64,000 nucleotides of DNA from Balanoglossus misakiensis (Eukaryota > Animalia > Hemichordata), in the NCBI GenBank assembly GCA_040954595.2, contig CM082582.2:11399483-11463482 (forward strand), in the 5' to 3' direction. The position numbers and the translations under genes are program-made. The notes below the pieces were generated by a model, which was given only the letters and a program-made list of their open reading frames with translations, did not search any database and was not told where the DNA came from. Positions 41,301-53,205 of this stretch are shown one piece after another. The stretch's first letter is position 1; each line of letters opens with the position of its first letter.

Positions 41301-41972
41301 ACAGATCAGGTTGTTATGGCAGAAACACTAAGATGCTTCTATGTCTTCTTTTTTTTCACAGACACACATTGCGTGGACATACTCATCCTGTTGATACGAT
41401 ATACATGAGTGAAAATGGACACCAGTGTTTGACCTACGACAAAACACAGACTGATAGAACTGTCAGGTTATGGGATCTTCAGCAAGGTAACATATACTCC
41501 ATCTAAAAACTTTACATTTTATCAGAGTCCCCACAGTCGTAGACTGAAGGGATCGGGCGTAGTTTGGACCTGTCTGGAATCTTAGTGGAATAGGTGAAAG
41601 CTTGAATTTAAATGCACCATGCATCGTGACATTATCTAGGAAACTTGATGAACTTCCCTACCATGTCTTTCATAGTGGCGAGCTGAATGAAGTTAGAACT
41701 CTAACTCAGCTTACTTTTCACCATTAATTTTGTCTTTACGTTTCTTTCATTGCAATACAGGTGAGTGCCTAGCTTCCTTCACCCCGGATGTTCCAATTAC
41801 ATGTTGCCAAATCAACGCCGATGGTACCATTGTTGTCATCGGACTTGAAGGCCAAAATAACATCGTTACACTGCGACTACGCAAATCTGACTCAGGACCA
41901 GTCATTGTCAATGACTCAGTCTACGGTGATCCCTCAAGATGTGGAGAGGTCTTCGACCTATTAAAGAAGTAA
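32365..41972 (+). CDS. NWD2: NACHT and WD40 repeat domain protein (NWD2/NWD1/QUI-1-like STAND NTPase), 1381 aa core
   Basis: Exons 32365-32785, 33384-33586, 33817-34129, 35859-36260, 38280-38620, 38786-38992, 39119-40855, 41018-41202, 41362-41486 and 41761-41972 all have GT-AG introns with consistent phases (4146 nt). Domains: Ser/Pro-rich N-terminus, DUF4062-like domain (IRIFVS...ERSVLMERVYPKL...LQFVDLHWG), Walker A GHTGCGKT, Walker B LVVMIDGIDE, GLSDAEMLDLLSCDD, RKLDELPYH, and C-terminal WD40 repeats (GHTHPV...VRLWD). Exact paralogue uncertain. Confidence 0.92.
41635..41683 (+). repeat. 49-bp intronic copy of NWD exon sequence 39845-39893
   Basis: tctaggaaacttgatgaacttccctaccatgtctttca(t/c)agtggcgagc, 48/49 identical, same orientation, offset 1790 bp. 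Confidence 0.95.
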
Positions 41973-42875
41973 AAAGAAAACTAAAACAAAGTATTACATG
42001 GAACAGAAAATGAGAAAATTCCACTGTGATACTTTTTTTTACTACTGTGCTTTGGAAATGTGTGAATTTTGTGTCAGTCTGCCAAATATGCTGATGTAGA
42101 GGAATGTGATATGACTTTTTAAATATTGAAAATGTGTTACTGAAATATATATATATCTATATATAATGAAATAAACAACCACGAAATAAACCACAAACAA
42201 AATATTCCTATTTATGTATGTGTACTGAACTATTTTGCTGCATTTTATCCAAATGCTTTTTCTTGTTAATATTATTTTATGTACGTCCAAGACCTTAGAG
42301 CCATGACATAGTCAAACTGAACTGAAGCACTATCTGCTTTTCCTTGCACAACTGTCAATTGTTTTATAATTTAGTTCATTTTTACTCTGTTTATTTCTTT
42401 TTTGAAAATGCATACAGGGTCTTTCAAGTATTCCTTTGATTTTATTCATAGGAAATACATTTTATTGTATATAAATATAGCTTTTTACTACTGACTTGCT
42501 GTGTCTTTGATTAATTTTTATATAGTACATAAGTTTGTTATTTAGATGAAATATTCCCCTTTTTACATCTAATAGCAAAAGTAAACACTTTTTAAAAAAT
42601 ATAAAGAATGAAATGTTTGCTGTTCCATTTTATAGACATTTCCAAAATTCTGTGAAACTTCATTTCAACAGGGTCTTACTTCAAAATCATATATGTTGTG
42701 TAAATTTTCATTCACTCTCCAAATCTTTTCAGGAAATTGTTTGTAAACTGCAATCAAAAAAGTAAATCAAGGATTATGAAATTCAGAATTATCAATATTG
42801 TTGAAAAGAACAAAAAAAATTACTCAAAGGCTACTAATTTCGATGTGTGTGTAATGTTTTTGCAACTACCATTTG

Positions 42876-42992
42876 GACATCTGCATATTAAATTAGGGAC
42901 TAGTCTGTTTCTACTGGCTGAGCATGGTCATGTGACATCTGCATAATTAGGGGCATGGGTGTTCCTATTGGCTGAGCATTATCAAGTGACAC
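42876..42992 (+). repeat. Diverged ~58-bp tandem duplication (2 copies) in the NWD 3' flank/UTR
   Basis: gacatctgcata..aattaggg...tgtt.cta.tggctgagcat..tca.gtgaca repeats at 42876 and 42934. Confidence 0.7.
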
Positions 42993-44514
42993 CCTTTTTC
43001 TTGTAAGAGTCAGTTTTTTTTACATCCCACCATTTTGCACCTCATATTTCGAGAAAATACTGGTACATGTATTCCTATTTTCAACTAAGAAATTGTCGAG
43101 ATAGTAAAAATCCAGTGAATAAAAAAAATAGTACTGTAGATGCACATGATATGAGTGATCCACATCTGAACATTTCTAATGCAAAGCAGAGATTGTGATT
43201 TAGGCGAATATATTATGTATGGAAGTATTGTATGGATTTATTGAACATTCCATTTTATGTAACTTCCACTTTGTCAAATCACTTCAAAGTACACCGGTTG
43301 TTGTTTTTTTTCTACTGACTTTTTTCCAAGTTTTCTTGATACCGTGTTACAATGCAAATGCTGCAGTCTTTTCATTACACGACATATACCACATGTCTCT
43401 AATTCTCCAATACATCAGAGAGGGAAAAAAAGTGTTTTCCTATTTCACACAGTTGCCACTTTCAGATGAATTACGATGTAGAGTTTGACTTTTTTTCTTG
43501 TCAACCATTATTTACATGACTCTTTCATGTCAACAATGTATGACGCAGCTGGTCACACATTGCTGCATCGGGGTTGGGGGAGGGAGGGAGGGAGGGGTAA
43601 TGGAGTCATTTTTAGACAGTTGCATGCACAGTGAAATGACACTATACTTTTCCCCAGTGTTTCTTGTAGTATTTATTGTGATAAATCAAGTGTATCATAA
43701 AACAAGTAAAAAAAGACAAAAACAGTTAAATGTGAAACGGCTGTATTTATAAAAACCATAAAGGATCAATCAGTTACAAAAATTATGGCCAGTACACGAT
43801 TGTACAGACCTCTTTCATGTGTCTCAGTAGTGAATATAGCGTCCTCTATAGAGGAATAAATCAAGCCAATGTAAATACCTGAAAATGTTGATTTGTTTGT
43901 TGTTTACTTATTTTGTCTAACCCTAGGATGGGAGTGCAATCGTTGTATGCAAGCTGTGTGTCTCAGTTTTTTCCCAGGTGCCAGACAAAGAAAATAATAC
44001 ATATGCCTGTTAATGGTCAAAAGTGTGTGTGTATAAGTCTTCAAGTGACCATGGGGTGGCACACTTTTTGTGCTGGTGCCACCCAATGAAAATCTGTGAT
44101 TGGCATATTTGTTTAATCAGTGCAAAGAATCTGGAGTGCTTTCAACTGCGCATCGGTGGTAAGAATGAGGTAAGAATGTGAAATTGAGGAGAATGGCTCC
44201 TGTTAATGTGGTGCAAGTAGTTTTAGGGACTGTGCATGCATGAAGAAAGCGCTTTTTCACCAGTGAGGGCGCTTTCTCGTACTGTGCCAATCTTCACGAA
44301 ACCGTGCCCTTGAGACAAGAAATCATTTCGTTGCCGGTTATTGAAGTATAAATCGGATTTGTATGAAGCAACCTTAACTACAAAATGCCTGTTTTCTAGC
44401 AGATAATGAAGCGAAGAGAGCAAAGAAACAGATAACACGCAGGGTATGTGTTTTCACGCAGCGCTAGGGGCTCTGGTTGCGTGAAAGTTGAGCCAGCTAG
44501 GGGCTTTCAAAAAC

Positions 44515-45993
44515 ATGGCGGACAACGGGGAGGCTGAAAAACAGACGGATTCCGAGCAAAATAGTACGGATGGTCCCACAACAGATGACATTCTTGCACA
44601 GACAGCAGACGATTATGCGACCTATTTCAAACTCAACGTCAAAAAGGAGGTGAATATTGCCATTCACTTGTCACCAATGGTAGAATCATGAATGAAAGAT
44701 TTCTCTGCACATCCCAAGTTGTCTGATGATACATCATTCATACATAGACTGTTTATTTCAATTTGTATAGAGTCTAACTTTATTTTAAAACGTACTGGAC
44801 TTGAACGCAGGAAAAACCATACATGTAGGTCAAAATATTCTCAAGCTATTCGCATACCATTCATTTTCTTGGAAAAGGGAACTTGTGTGAGCTTCAACAA
44901 GCAAATTGAGGAAGTGAACCATTCAATGCCAACCATGGTGTCTTCATAACATTACAGTATAAAATGCAAATTTTGCAGCATATTACAGTCATTTCCGTCA
45001 TGGACTCAATTTGTTTGTACCATCTAGAAAGTTGCTCTGGAAGAGAGCATTGAAGATATGTTGATGAGGCTGGAAGAATTCATCAGCTTGGTTGATATGG
45101 TAAGTGACAGAGCTTTATCAATACTATGGTTAGAGGATAATACCCCTACCACTGAATAGCTTATTCTGGAGGTTACTATATTTAATGTATTCCTCACCAA
45201 TGATAGCCCTGCATGCATAAGTGATTTGGGTTATTTTTGTTTTCTTTGCAAATAATATATAATTATTGTATTATTCAGATCCGCACAGAGTCTTCACTGT
45301 CGCTGAATCGCACGATCCCAGAAATCTACACCAAGAGTCTCGAGATGAAGAGGGTATATGAAAAAATCGATCAATTAGAGGTAAATTTCTACCAAGCATT
45401 TTTTTCTTTTTGGGCATACCTGTGGATAAGACAGGGCAAGGGGATAGGCCATATAGTGTTGAGCCTATAAGCATATGAAGCATTTAGAATGATTACTTTC
45501 TCCCTATAGTATTATGTTTGGATAATTTCTGATCCTATGATTGATTTACTACTTGCGCATTGCTAGGTGTTTGTGGCCAGAGTTCGTCAAGATGTCAGTA
45601 TACTGGAAGACCAGGTTAACACGGCAGAGAACGAACTTGAACTTGGGTCACTCAGCTCTATCAAGAAAGCCTTCAGTTCACTGCCAATACCATTCAAGCA
45701 AACGGTAAGTTATTGTCAGTATTACGGTAGCTAAAGTTCAGTGTACACTAGAGGGTGATTGAGAGAGAGAGAGAAATAAGAGAATATGATAACCTGTGAT
45801 TGCATTGTTGAACAAACTGTAGGAAAGTTTCATTTAAATCTTGCTTGCTCTTGTTGCTTTACAGAAGAAAATACCGAGCAAAACTCAGACAGAGGTGAAA
45901 AAATACACACCACCGGATATATTTCGAAGTGATGATTTCTTGAAAAAAGAAGAGAAAATTGAAGAGGAACAGAGTCCCAGTGAGGAGAGGTGA
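44515..45993 (+). CDS. BLOC1S4: Biogenesis of lysosome-related organelles complex 1 subunit 4 (cappuccino)/BCAS4-like, 191 aa
   Basis: Exons 44515-44649, 45028-45099, 45279-45380, 45567-45704 and 45865-45993, all phase-0 GT-AG. Family motifs TADDYATY, LEESIEDMLMRLEEFISLVDMIR and VYEKIDQLEVFVARV. Start context AAACATGGCG; AATAAA at 46186. Confidence 0.88.
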
Positions 45994-46666
45994 TCCTGAT
46001 GGCCTTGAAGACATGAAACAAATCCAGTTAGTGTTTTATTCAAGTGTGATTCAACTTTCAGCCACTGTACAGCTCACTTCTTTTTTTTAAACAGACTCCC
46101 TTGCATTTATTATTTGTAAAACATTTCAGTTTTAATAGTTTTTCTTTACTCACAATCATTTTCTTAAAAGTGTTATTGATTCACAAATAAAAATATAGGA
46201 ATTGTGGTGACATTGGCCTGCTTTGTAGGTCAAGTAGAAATCAAAAGAAACGTGGATACTCTCTGGTCAAGCTGTTATTGTTCTCCCTGTGAAACAGGGA
46301 TTTACAATTACTGATTTTCCAGCTGTGTGTATTAGAGAATTATGTGAAGAAGAAGAAATCACAATGGTTGGGATAATAATCTTGTAAAAATAATCAAGTA
46401 TTAGCTTCTGATGTTTTCTGTGTAAATAAAATTTCCGTCTAAATATCTCATATAGCGTCTCATTGGAGAGTTTATTACCCATTGTCAGCCATACATCAAG
46501 TTGTACTTGATTACTGGCATGCAAATGGCTGTTGACCAGCGCCCCCAGTGTTCAAACAGCTGATACTTTCGTTTGAGCATACACTAAAGCTGGTGTACGG
46601 CTTCAAGTTGTATATTTTGTTATCACCACAAGGGCCACTATGATAGAAGGGAACACATCCATGAGG

Positions 46667-48084
46667 TCAAAGTCCTCTCTTGGTCTTGCTTCTCGTCTCT
46701 GCAAACTTCTGCAGTCCCTCTTCAAATACAGCTTTTGTCATTCCAATGTCTTCATCAACATGTATACACGTCACACCTGGACAATTCAAAAACATACATT
46801 AGTGACATCAAGCAATTTATCTCTACGCACTGTTGTTCCTGTCTTCTTTTGTCAGGGAGGTGTTCTAAAAATCATTTGTAAAAATGTCATTGTCACGATT
46901 TCCAATCACATCCATACCCCCACAAGGTCTCTGCCAATGCCATTGTTACTGTCATATCAAGACACTTACCTATTTTACCAATGTCGTGAATATTTCTTCC
47001 CTCATCGTCAAAGAACAACATGTCTTCATAAGGAACTTTTGACATATCCTGAAACCTGCAATAATTAGAAACAACACAATTCATTTATGTATGTACGCTG
47101 TATAGTGATTACTATATGTTTGATTGTGACTTTTTTTCCCTAGTGGGAAAATACTGAGGAAAAAATGCACAAACCTCCGAAAATGAGTTGTCTTTTGGCC
47201 AGGGTAGATTTCTTTGTAGTCAAAGTATTTATCGATGTCGTAGAGTTTCAGCAATGTCTTAGCCTCTGGCGGTGTGACTGTTCTGTAAACAAAACAAATT
47301 GCACATTTATATGAATTAAAGTGTCATTATATAGTTATAACTGTATCATGTGACTAAATTTCAACATGCTCTAAAATATGGAACAATGTGTCTTTTCCAT
47401 CTTTACCGTGACGCAGCTGCAATTTTGATTCCCTGAGCTTTGGTCTGTTGCAGGATTGGCACAACATCTTTGTGAAGCTTCATCTCATCGTTCCTTCTGT
47501 CCACGACCTTACCAGTGCTGAGAGAAATCAACAGGCAACAGGTAAGTGTCAGTCAGATTTCTGATGTTATCATGCTATTTTTTGACCGAGGTGACAACAA
47601 AGTGTTTAATGGCAGAGTGAGTTGGCACTCGCACACTCAGCCATACATCACTAGCATGTGGTAAAATATGACGGCTATAAATGTACTTGTTATTAATCGA
47701 AGATCTCAGTGGTATACTACGTACCTCAGTTTCTTAAACGGTGGTTTATGAGTATCACACCAAAAAGACCACAAAGTGTAATCTGAATCAGACAAAAGAT
47801 GAAAACGTACATCATTGTCAATTTCATAATTGTTACATTCATAAACAGTAAAAGTTGTGTCTCTTCCCCCAAAGAATTCTACTGAGGGGAAGGGTATGTA
47901 CATTCATTTCCTTGTCCGTAAAAGACTCGCTGAAAAAGAGCTCCGCCAAAATTATAAAAAGGAAGTAACTGGGTATTATAAACGAAATAGACACTAGTAT
48001 GTACTCCTACTCCCAAATGTACGTACCTAAATCAAACGCAATAAGTGCGGGGACTGCGGCCGCTGGAAAAACAACAGAAGCCAT
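46667..48084 (-). CDS. MDP1: Magnesium-dependent phosphatase 1 (HAD family), 176 aa
   Basis: Exons (top to bottom) 48084-48027, 47782-47725, 47517-47407, 47282-47175, 47055-46970 and 46776-46667. HAD motifs AFDLDYTLW, AAASRT, EIYPGQKTTHF and MLFFDDEGRNI. Confidence 0.93.
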
Positions 48085-51000
48085 CAAGACAGATATTCTT
48101 GGTCAGTTACCACACCGAGAGACCGTGGTTTAATAATAGCACTGAGTCTTAGATCCGGGACGAAAACAATGACCGGCCGGCGACTGCTATGTTGACAAAA
48201 CGTGAACTCTGAACTTTCATACAAGTATGTGTGAGGGTTGTAATTTTTCGTTTCGCGATGGTTTTAAATTTTGGCCCAGTTATGTACAATACCCAGTATT
48301 TAAGGAAGCGAACAGAGAAGAATTACCACGGAACTGATATATTGGAGATCAACTTTAAGTTTTAAAATTAAAAGAAAGTAGTGCAACTAAAGTAAAGTGC
48401 AAATCTTGACTCTGGATCATGACTGTACTTGCAGAAGTGTAGAAAAATAGAGGCAAATGAATTTCATTGCTGTGTCCGTTTTCTTCCATGAGTTTGCGTA
48501 AATTTGTGCTTGTTTCTTTTTTTTCAAATAACAAAGACGAAATTCTACAATAGTACATGTATGTAGAATTCACCCTTGCCACACAGTATTGCGTATGACA
48601 GGCTGTAGCCAGGGCTGTAGCAATACATTCAGGTGTATCCCCAACTTGGCATCATCACCACTGATGCAACTCCCCAGCCTCAATGCGCATAAACTTATCA
48701 AGTTCAATTTCAAGTACAACACCCGCCTCAAGGCCACCATCATTTCGGGGTTACTTTGAGTCAGCGTTGGGTGCGTTGCCATAACAGTGAAGTCCAAGGC
48801 CAATGCGCAGTAAAAGACAAAAACATGGCGATCATGTTTCGGGTCACCAGGGGTTTCCCGATCCCGACACTGCTAAAAAAATATTTTGACCGAATCTGGA
48901 TAACAGCCATCTGATTTTCATACAGGTGTCGCGAAGCAGTGACTTTGACCTTTTCACAATTTTATGTCATTGAACCAAATTATACTAGGAAAAAATCGCG
49001 CAACAATATTTTGAGGGAATTGTTTTTGTTTCAAATATATATAGTTGTTGAATGAATTTTTGAATTAACTTGTTTGAGTTTCTCCATGTGAACGTTTTTC
49101 CGGCACCATTCTTGCTTTGTTTATTGGAATAAAATTGTAATATAATAAGTAAATCATGTATCGAAAAGGCTGTCCGACTTTACACGTTTACCAATGATTA
49201 ATAATCATATACAGTTCAGTAGGGTCATCAATACCAGTACTATTGTATCTCAGTGCATCTTATTGCACAGCAATAGAAACGTCAAAGTTTTATGAGGTTC
49301 TGTTCGCGTTTCTTTGCTTACACACACATTCCCATCGTTGCAAAGGGAAGTTGTAGAGTAGTAAAGCGAGTAAAATTAGATTTCTAGCAAACACTTGTCG
49401 CGTAGCAAATCATTAACGCGAACGTTGAATCTGATATACAACGATCGAGGACGAATCTTGCATTGTATCAATCGATAAACGGTTTGATTTCCGAGAAGAG
49501 CACTGAAGCTATGGGGTGCGTTGCTAGGATAACCGCCATGCGGAAAAGTCTCGATAGTAAAGTCGGACACAGGTGGACGATAAGAGAGGTCACGGGAAGG
49601 TAATGCTTCAAGCGCAGGGTGCCCTAAAACAGTGGTACATGCATGATGAGCGTGTGATCGTGGCTCCATTCACGGTTCCATGCGACAGAGTTATTTGTAA
49701 CCGTGGGCGGTGGAGTTTTACCGTTTCTACGAACCTTTGAAACATAATTAATCGATTCAAAGCAACTGGAGGAGAATTCTTCAAGTACCGAGTCTGTATT
49801 GTGTCCCACTTTTAGCGATTCTAGGGTCATAAAGTGAATTTTTGGTCGGATTCATTTAATATGTCAATTTGTGCAAACATTTCCGATCGAGTAGGCCTAA
49901 TGGCCCTATTTAAACGGACAATTTGCTATTTTAATTTTAATGGGGATCCGATTTGGTCAAATGTAGCTTTGCACTGATGTACTATGTGTAAGTTCATCAT
50001 AAATTATTGGCTACATCAAAATTGCAAACTTTAATTATTGAAGGACTGGGCGTTTTAAGTCATTTGAAATGCACACGCCTTGACAGAACGGGAGTGCCCT
50101 TGTTCATTGCGCTGATAATCTGATGTAATTTACATTCTCTGGTCCACGTGGTGTTGTTAATGGGGGTGGCGGAGATCTTATAAATAAAACAAGATACGTC
50201 GGCCTTCTTGTATGGTTGTGGTAGTCTCTCTTCTGGAAAGGTTGACTGTCATTGTATTTTGCAGTCACAAATCACACCCAGTCTCAGACAGTATTTGTTG
50301 AATTGCAGATTTTAATTCGTGAAAAAAATGACTTGGTATAGAACGTTAGTACCCTTAATTGGCACAGTTCTTCAATAACCATGTAACTAAAAGTGAAAAA
50401 AGAAAATACCCAAAATTGATTGCTGTCCTTAATTGATAAGTAAAGTTGTTTTTGCACATCTGAGCACCTTTCAGTTGTGTAAACAAAAATGTTACAAAAC
50501 ATTTCCAGGAAATAGAAAAAAAGTGGAAAAAGAAAGTTACACGCAAAAACAAAACTCGTACAAACGTATTTACAGTTGCTTTACTACTCTGTACAAAAAG
50601 GGGGTACAGATCCACTTTCAGTAAACTATGTACCCCTAAAACTCTTTTTTGGAAGTGTTTTTATAAGTTTTTTTCTTTCTCTTGAATGTTTTACAGTGGT
50701 CATGTCAAAGCTTGAGTGAGTTTGGATGGGTGCCAGCGACATTTCCCGGACAAAAGCGAGAGGAGTTCAGACGAAATAATTGCACTCAAATGAGGTGTAG
50801 CCTATGCTGGCATTTGTCCAGCTTGCTGATGAGTTTGAAAAATAATTCGTGTTTTCGCACAAATATTTCTTTCCAATCCTCCTTTTTTTCACTGAAGGCA
50901 GATTATGAATTCCTCGACAGCAGCCATCAAAACCAAAGCTATGCCATAACTGTCACCGAACACAAAATCTCATACAACTGAGATTACAGTTTACAAAAAC

Positions 51001-51976
51001 AGAAAATAAGTGCACCTTGCACTTTGATGAACTACAATATGCACTAACCCACCGGATTCCATAAATTATGGTAAAATACCGAATAGTTTGGAGCATTTTT
51101 TATAATAGTATATCTACTGTCATTGTGCGCAGCAGAGCTGAAGGTGGGCACCGTTTAACACACATGCACGCATTAACAAAAATCGTATTCACAATCAGGT
51201 CTTAGAATTTAGTAGAGAATTATTCATGACTACCACAAAATAGAAAACAACAACATGCATTTACTTTGTTGGCACATTACAACATAAACAATGGCGATCA
51301 ATCGGATGAAACATTTGTTTTTACAAATTACAAATTGTGATTTGGAATGTAAACATCAAATGGGGGTAATTCAAGTTACCAACTTTTTTTTATAAAAGGC
51401 CTTTTAAAATTAAAATGTTCATAAACGCGGGCAAATTGTTACTGACATCGAATATCAGGCTGGAGGGCACGAAAAAGTCTGTATTTACTGTGAACGCCTC
51501 CGTCCAGACATGGATCTCTGATAGGACCACGGTCCAAGGTTGAAGAGGGTTTCAATGACTTGGCGCATTCCTCGAGCTCGGAGAGCAAAAACAACACGGT
51601 GTGTACAGCAAACTGACAATCCATCAGTGTTACTGTAAAGTCACCACTGGTGTCCCATGTTCCTTTTATGTTTTTAGACATTGCACATATAAATGTGTGA
51701 AAATGAAAGAACATTTTTTTCCCACGAACATGTTATGTTGTTGGTTGGATTCCCATCTTGTTTACATTGCTGGAGTGGCCTTGTAAACGCCCAGACACAA
51801 CAGGCTCGGATAATTTCAAAATGGCGATGATAATGAATAACATAGACATGGCTTCCACGCGTTCGTCTGTCCGTAGAATCCAGGGAAATTGTCCTGAGTG
51901 TCTGTAGAAAGTTCACTTTCAATGTGCCTTTCTTTTTTTAAGCATCAACGTGACTGCCAGGCCGTTTTGAGTTTTA

Positions 51977-52405
51977 TCATAACGACACTGGCGACGAAGG
52001 CTCGCTGTAAACATGGTCGCCCAACTCAGGATACGAATAACATTTTCGTTGAAGTGGCTCTCGTGTTTGTTGCAGCCTAGTCACAGCCTCGGTGATCAAG
52101 TTTCCCTGCCGTAAGAGTTCTTCTAGAAGTCGATGTGGATCTGACGAATGAGTCCTTTTCTTTACGCGTCCTGAGTGTGTGTGTCTGAGGTACGAGCAAT
52201 CGTCGCCGTTGCACTCAAATCCGGTTCGACATTGTTTACACGCCACGCCGTAAGGAGATGTTCGGTGAGCACGCTGTTTTTGTCGGGCCTTCAACTTCAG
52301 CGTTTCGCTCACTCTTTTCACCAATTCGTCGATTTCTTCGGCGGGAATGGCAGTCGGTGATACTTTGGTGCCCTTGACGGCTAATTGGCTGTCTACAGAC
52401 GGCAT
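51977..52405 (-). CDS. FRAT: FRAT/GBP-like GSK3-binding protein, intronless, 142 aa
   Basis: Single ORF with three FRAT motifs in order: EIDELVKRVSETLKL (cf. EVDRLVAQIGETLQL), RTSPY, and the GSK3-binding helix DPHRLLEELLRQGNLITEAVTRL (cf. DPHRLLQQLVLSGNLIKEAVRRL). Confidence 0.9.
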   Translation of the reverse strand: MPSVDSQLAVKGTKVSPTAIPAEEIDELVKRVSETLKLKARQKQRAHRTSPYGVACKQCRTGFECNGDDCSYLRHTHSGRVKKRTHSSDPHRLLEELLRQGNLITEAVTRLQQTREPLQRKCYSYPELGDHVYSEPSSPVSL

Positions 52406-53085
52406 TTTCGTTCCCCTTCAAATGCGAAAATGAATGACAGAATGAGTTGTATCGCTGCCTTTCCTAGCCTAAGCTGAGGATCGGATGAATGGCAACAACA
52501 TCGAATGTTTTTGTTCATTTCATAACACTGGCCTCACCACAAATTATAGATCCATCCGCCAAGCCCGCGAAACCATGCGCATGTTTTAGTCTTAAGTACT
52601 GTTGGAATTATAAAACTGTAAAACAATAGAAATTAACTTAAGCATTCAAGTAATATCCCCGTAACTTTTCTTTCCGCAAGAAGCGACGGTGAATTTAAAG
52701 TTTTTAATAGGTCTATCTAGTAACCCGCGGAGGTATCTACACATTCCCGGGTAGTGATCACATTGTTTGTTTACATCGTGTGCGGCATCACACACGATGT
52801 GCGAACGTGACCGACTGAGTGAATCATTGGCCGAGAGAGACTTGGTGAGCTCTGATTGGCTGTGAAATGGACATGCTATTTTCGAACGCAGACATGTTTT
52901 CCTAAACACGTACGTCCGTGAATAGAAATTGACATGAGTTGTTGTTGTCAAGTTTTACACTATAGACAAGTCACACCTTCAAAAAGTACGGCGTGGCGCG
53001 CAGGGTAGTGGATTTCATACGACATTTGGTCATTAAAATATGAAAATTACATAAAAGCATATAAAATACTGTCCGAGCCACTCCC

Positions 53086-53205
<120 letters not shown>

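Noticed and set aside
50826-50850. CTGATGAG hammerhead-like core (also 13561 and 15008 on the minus strand, and 24401)
   Set aside because: None is followed by a stem II and GAAA, so no ribozyme can be folded.
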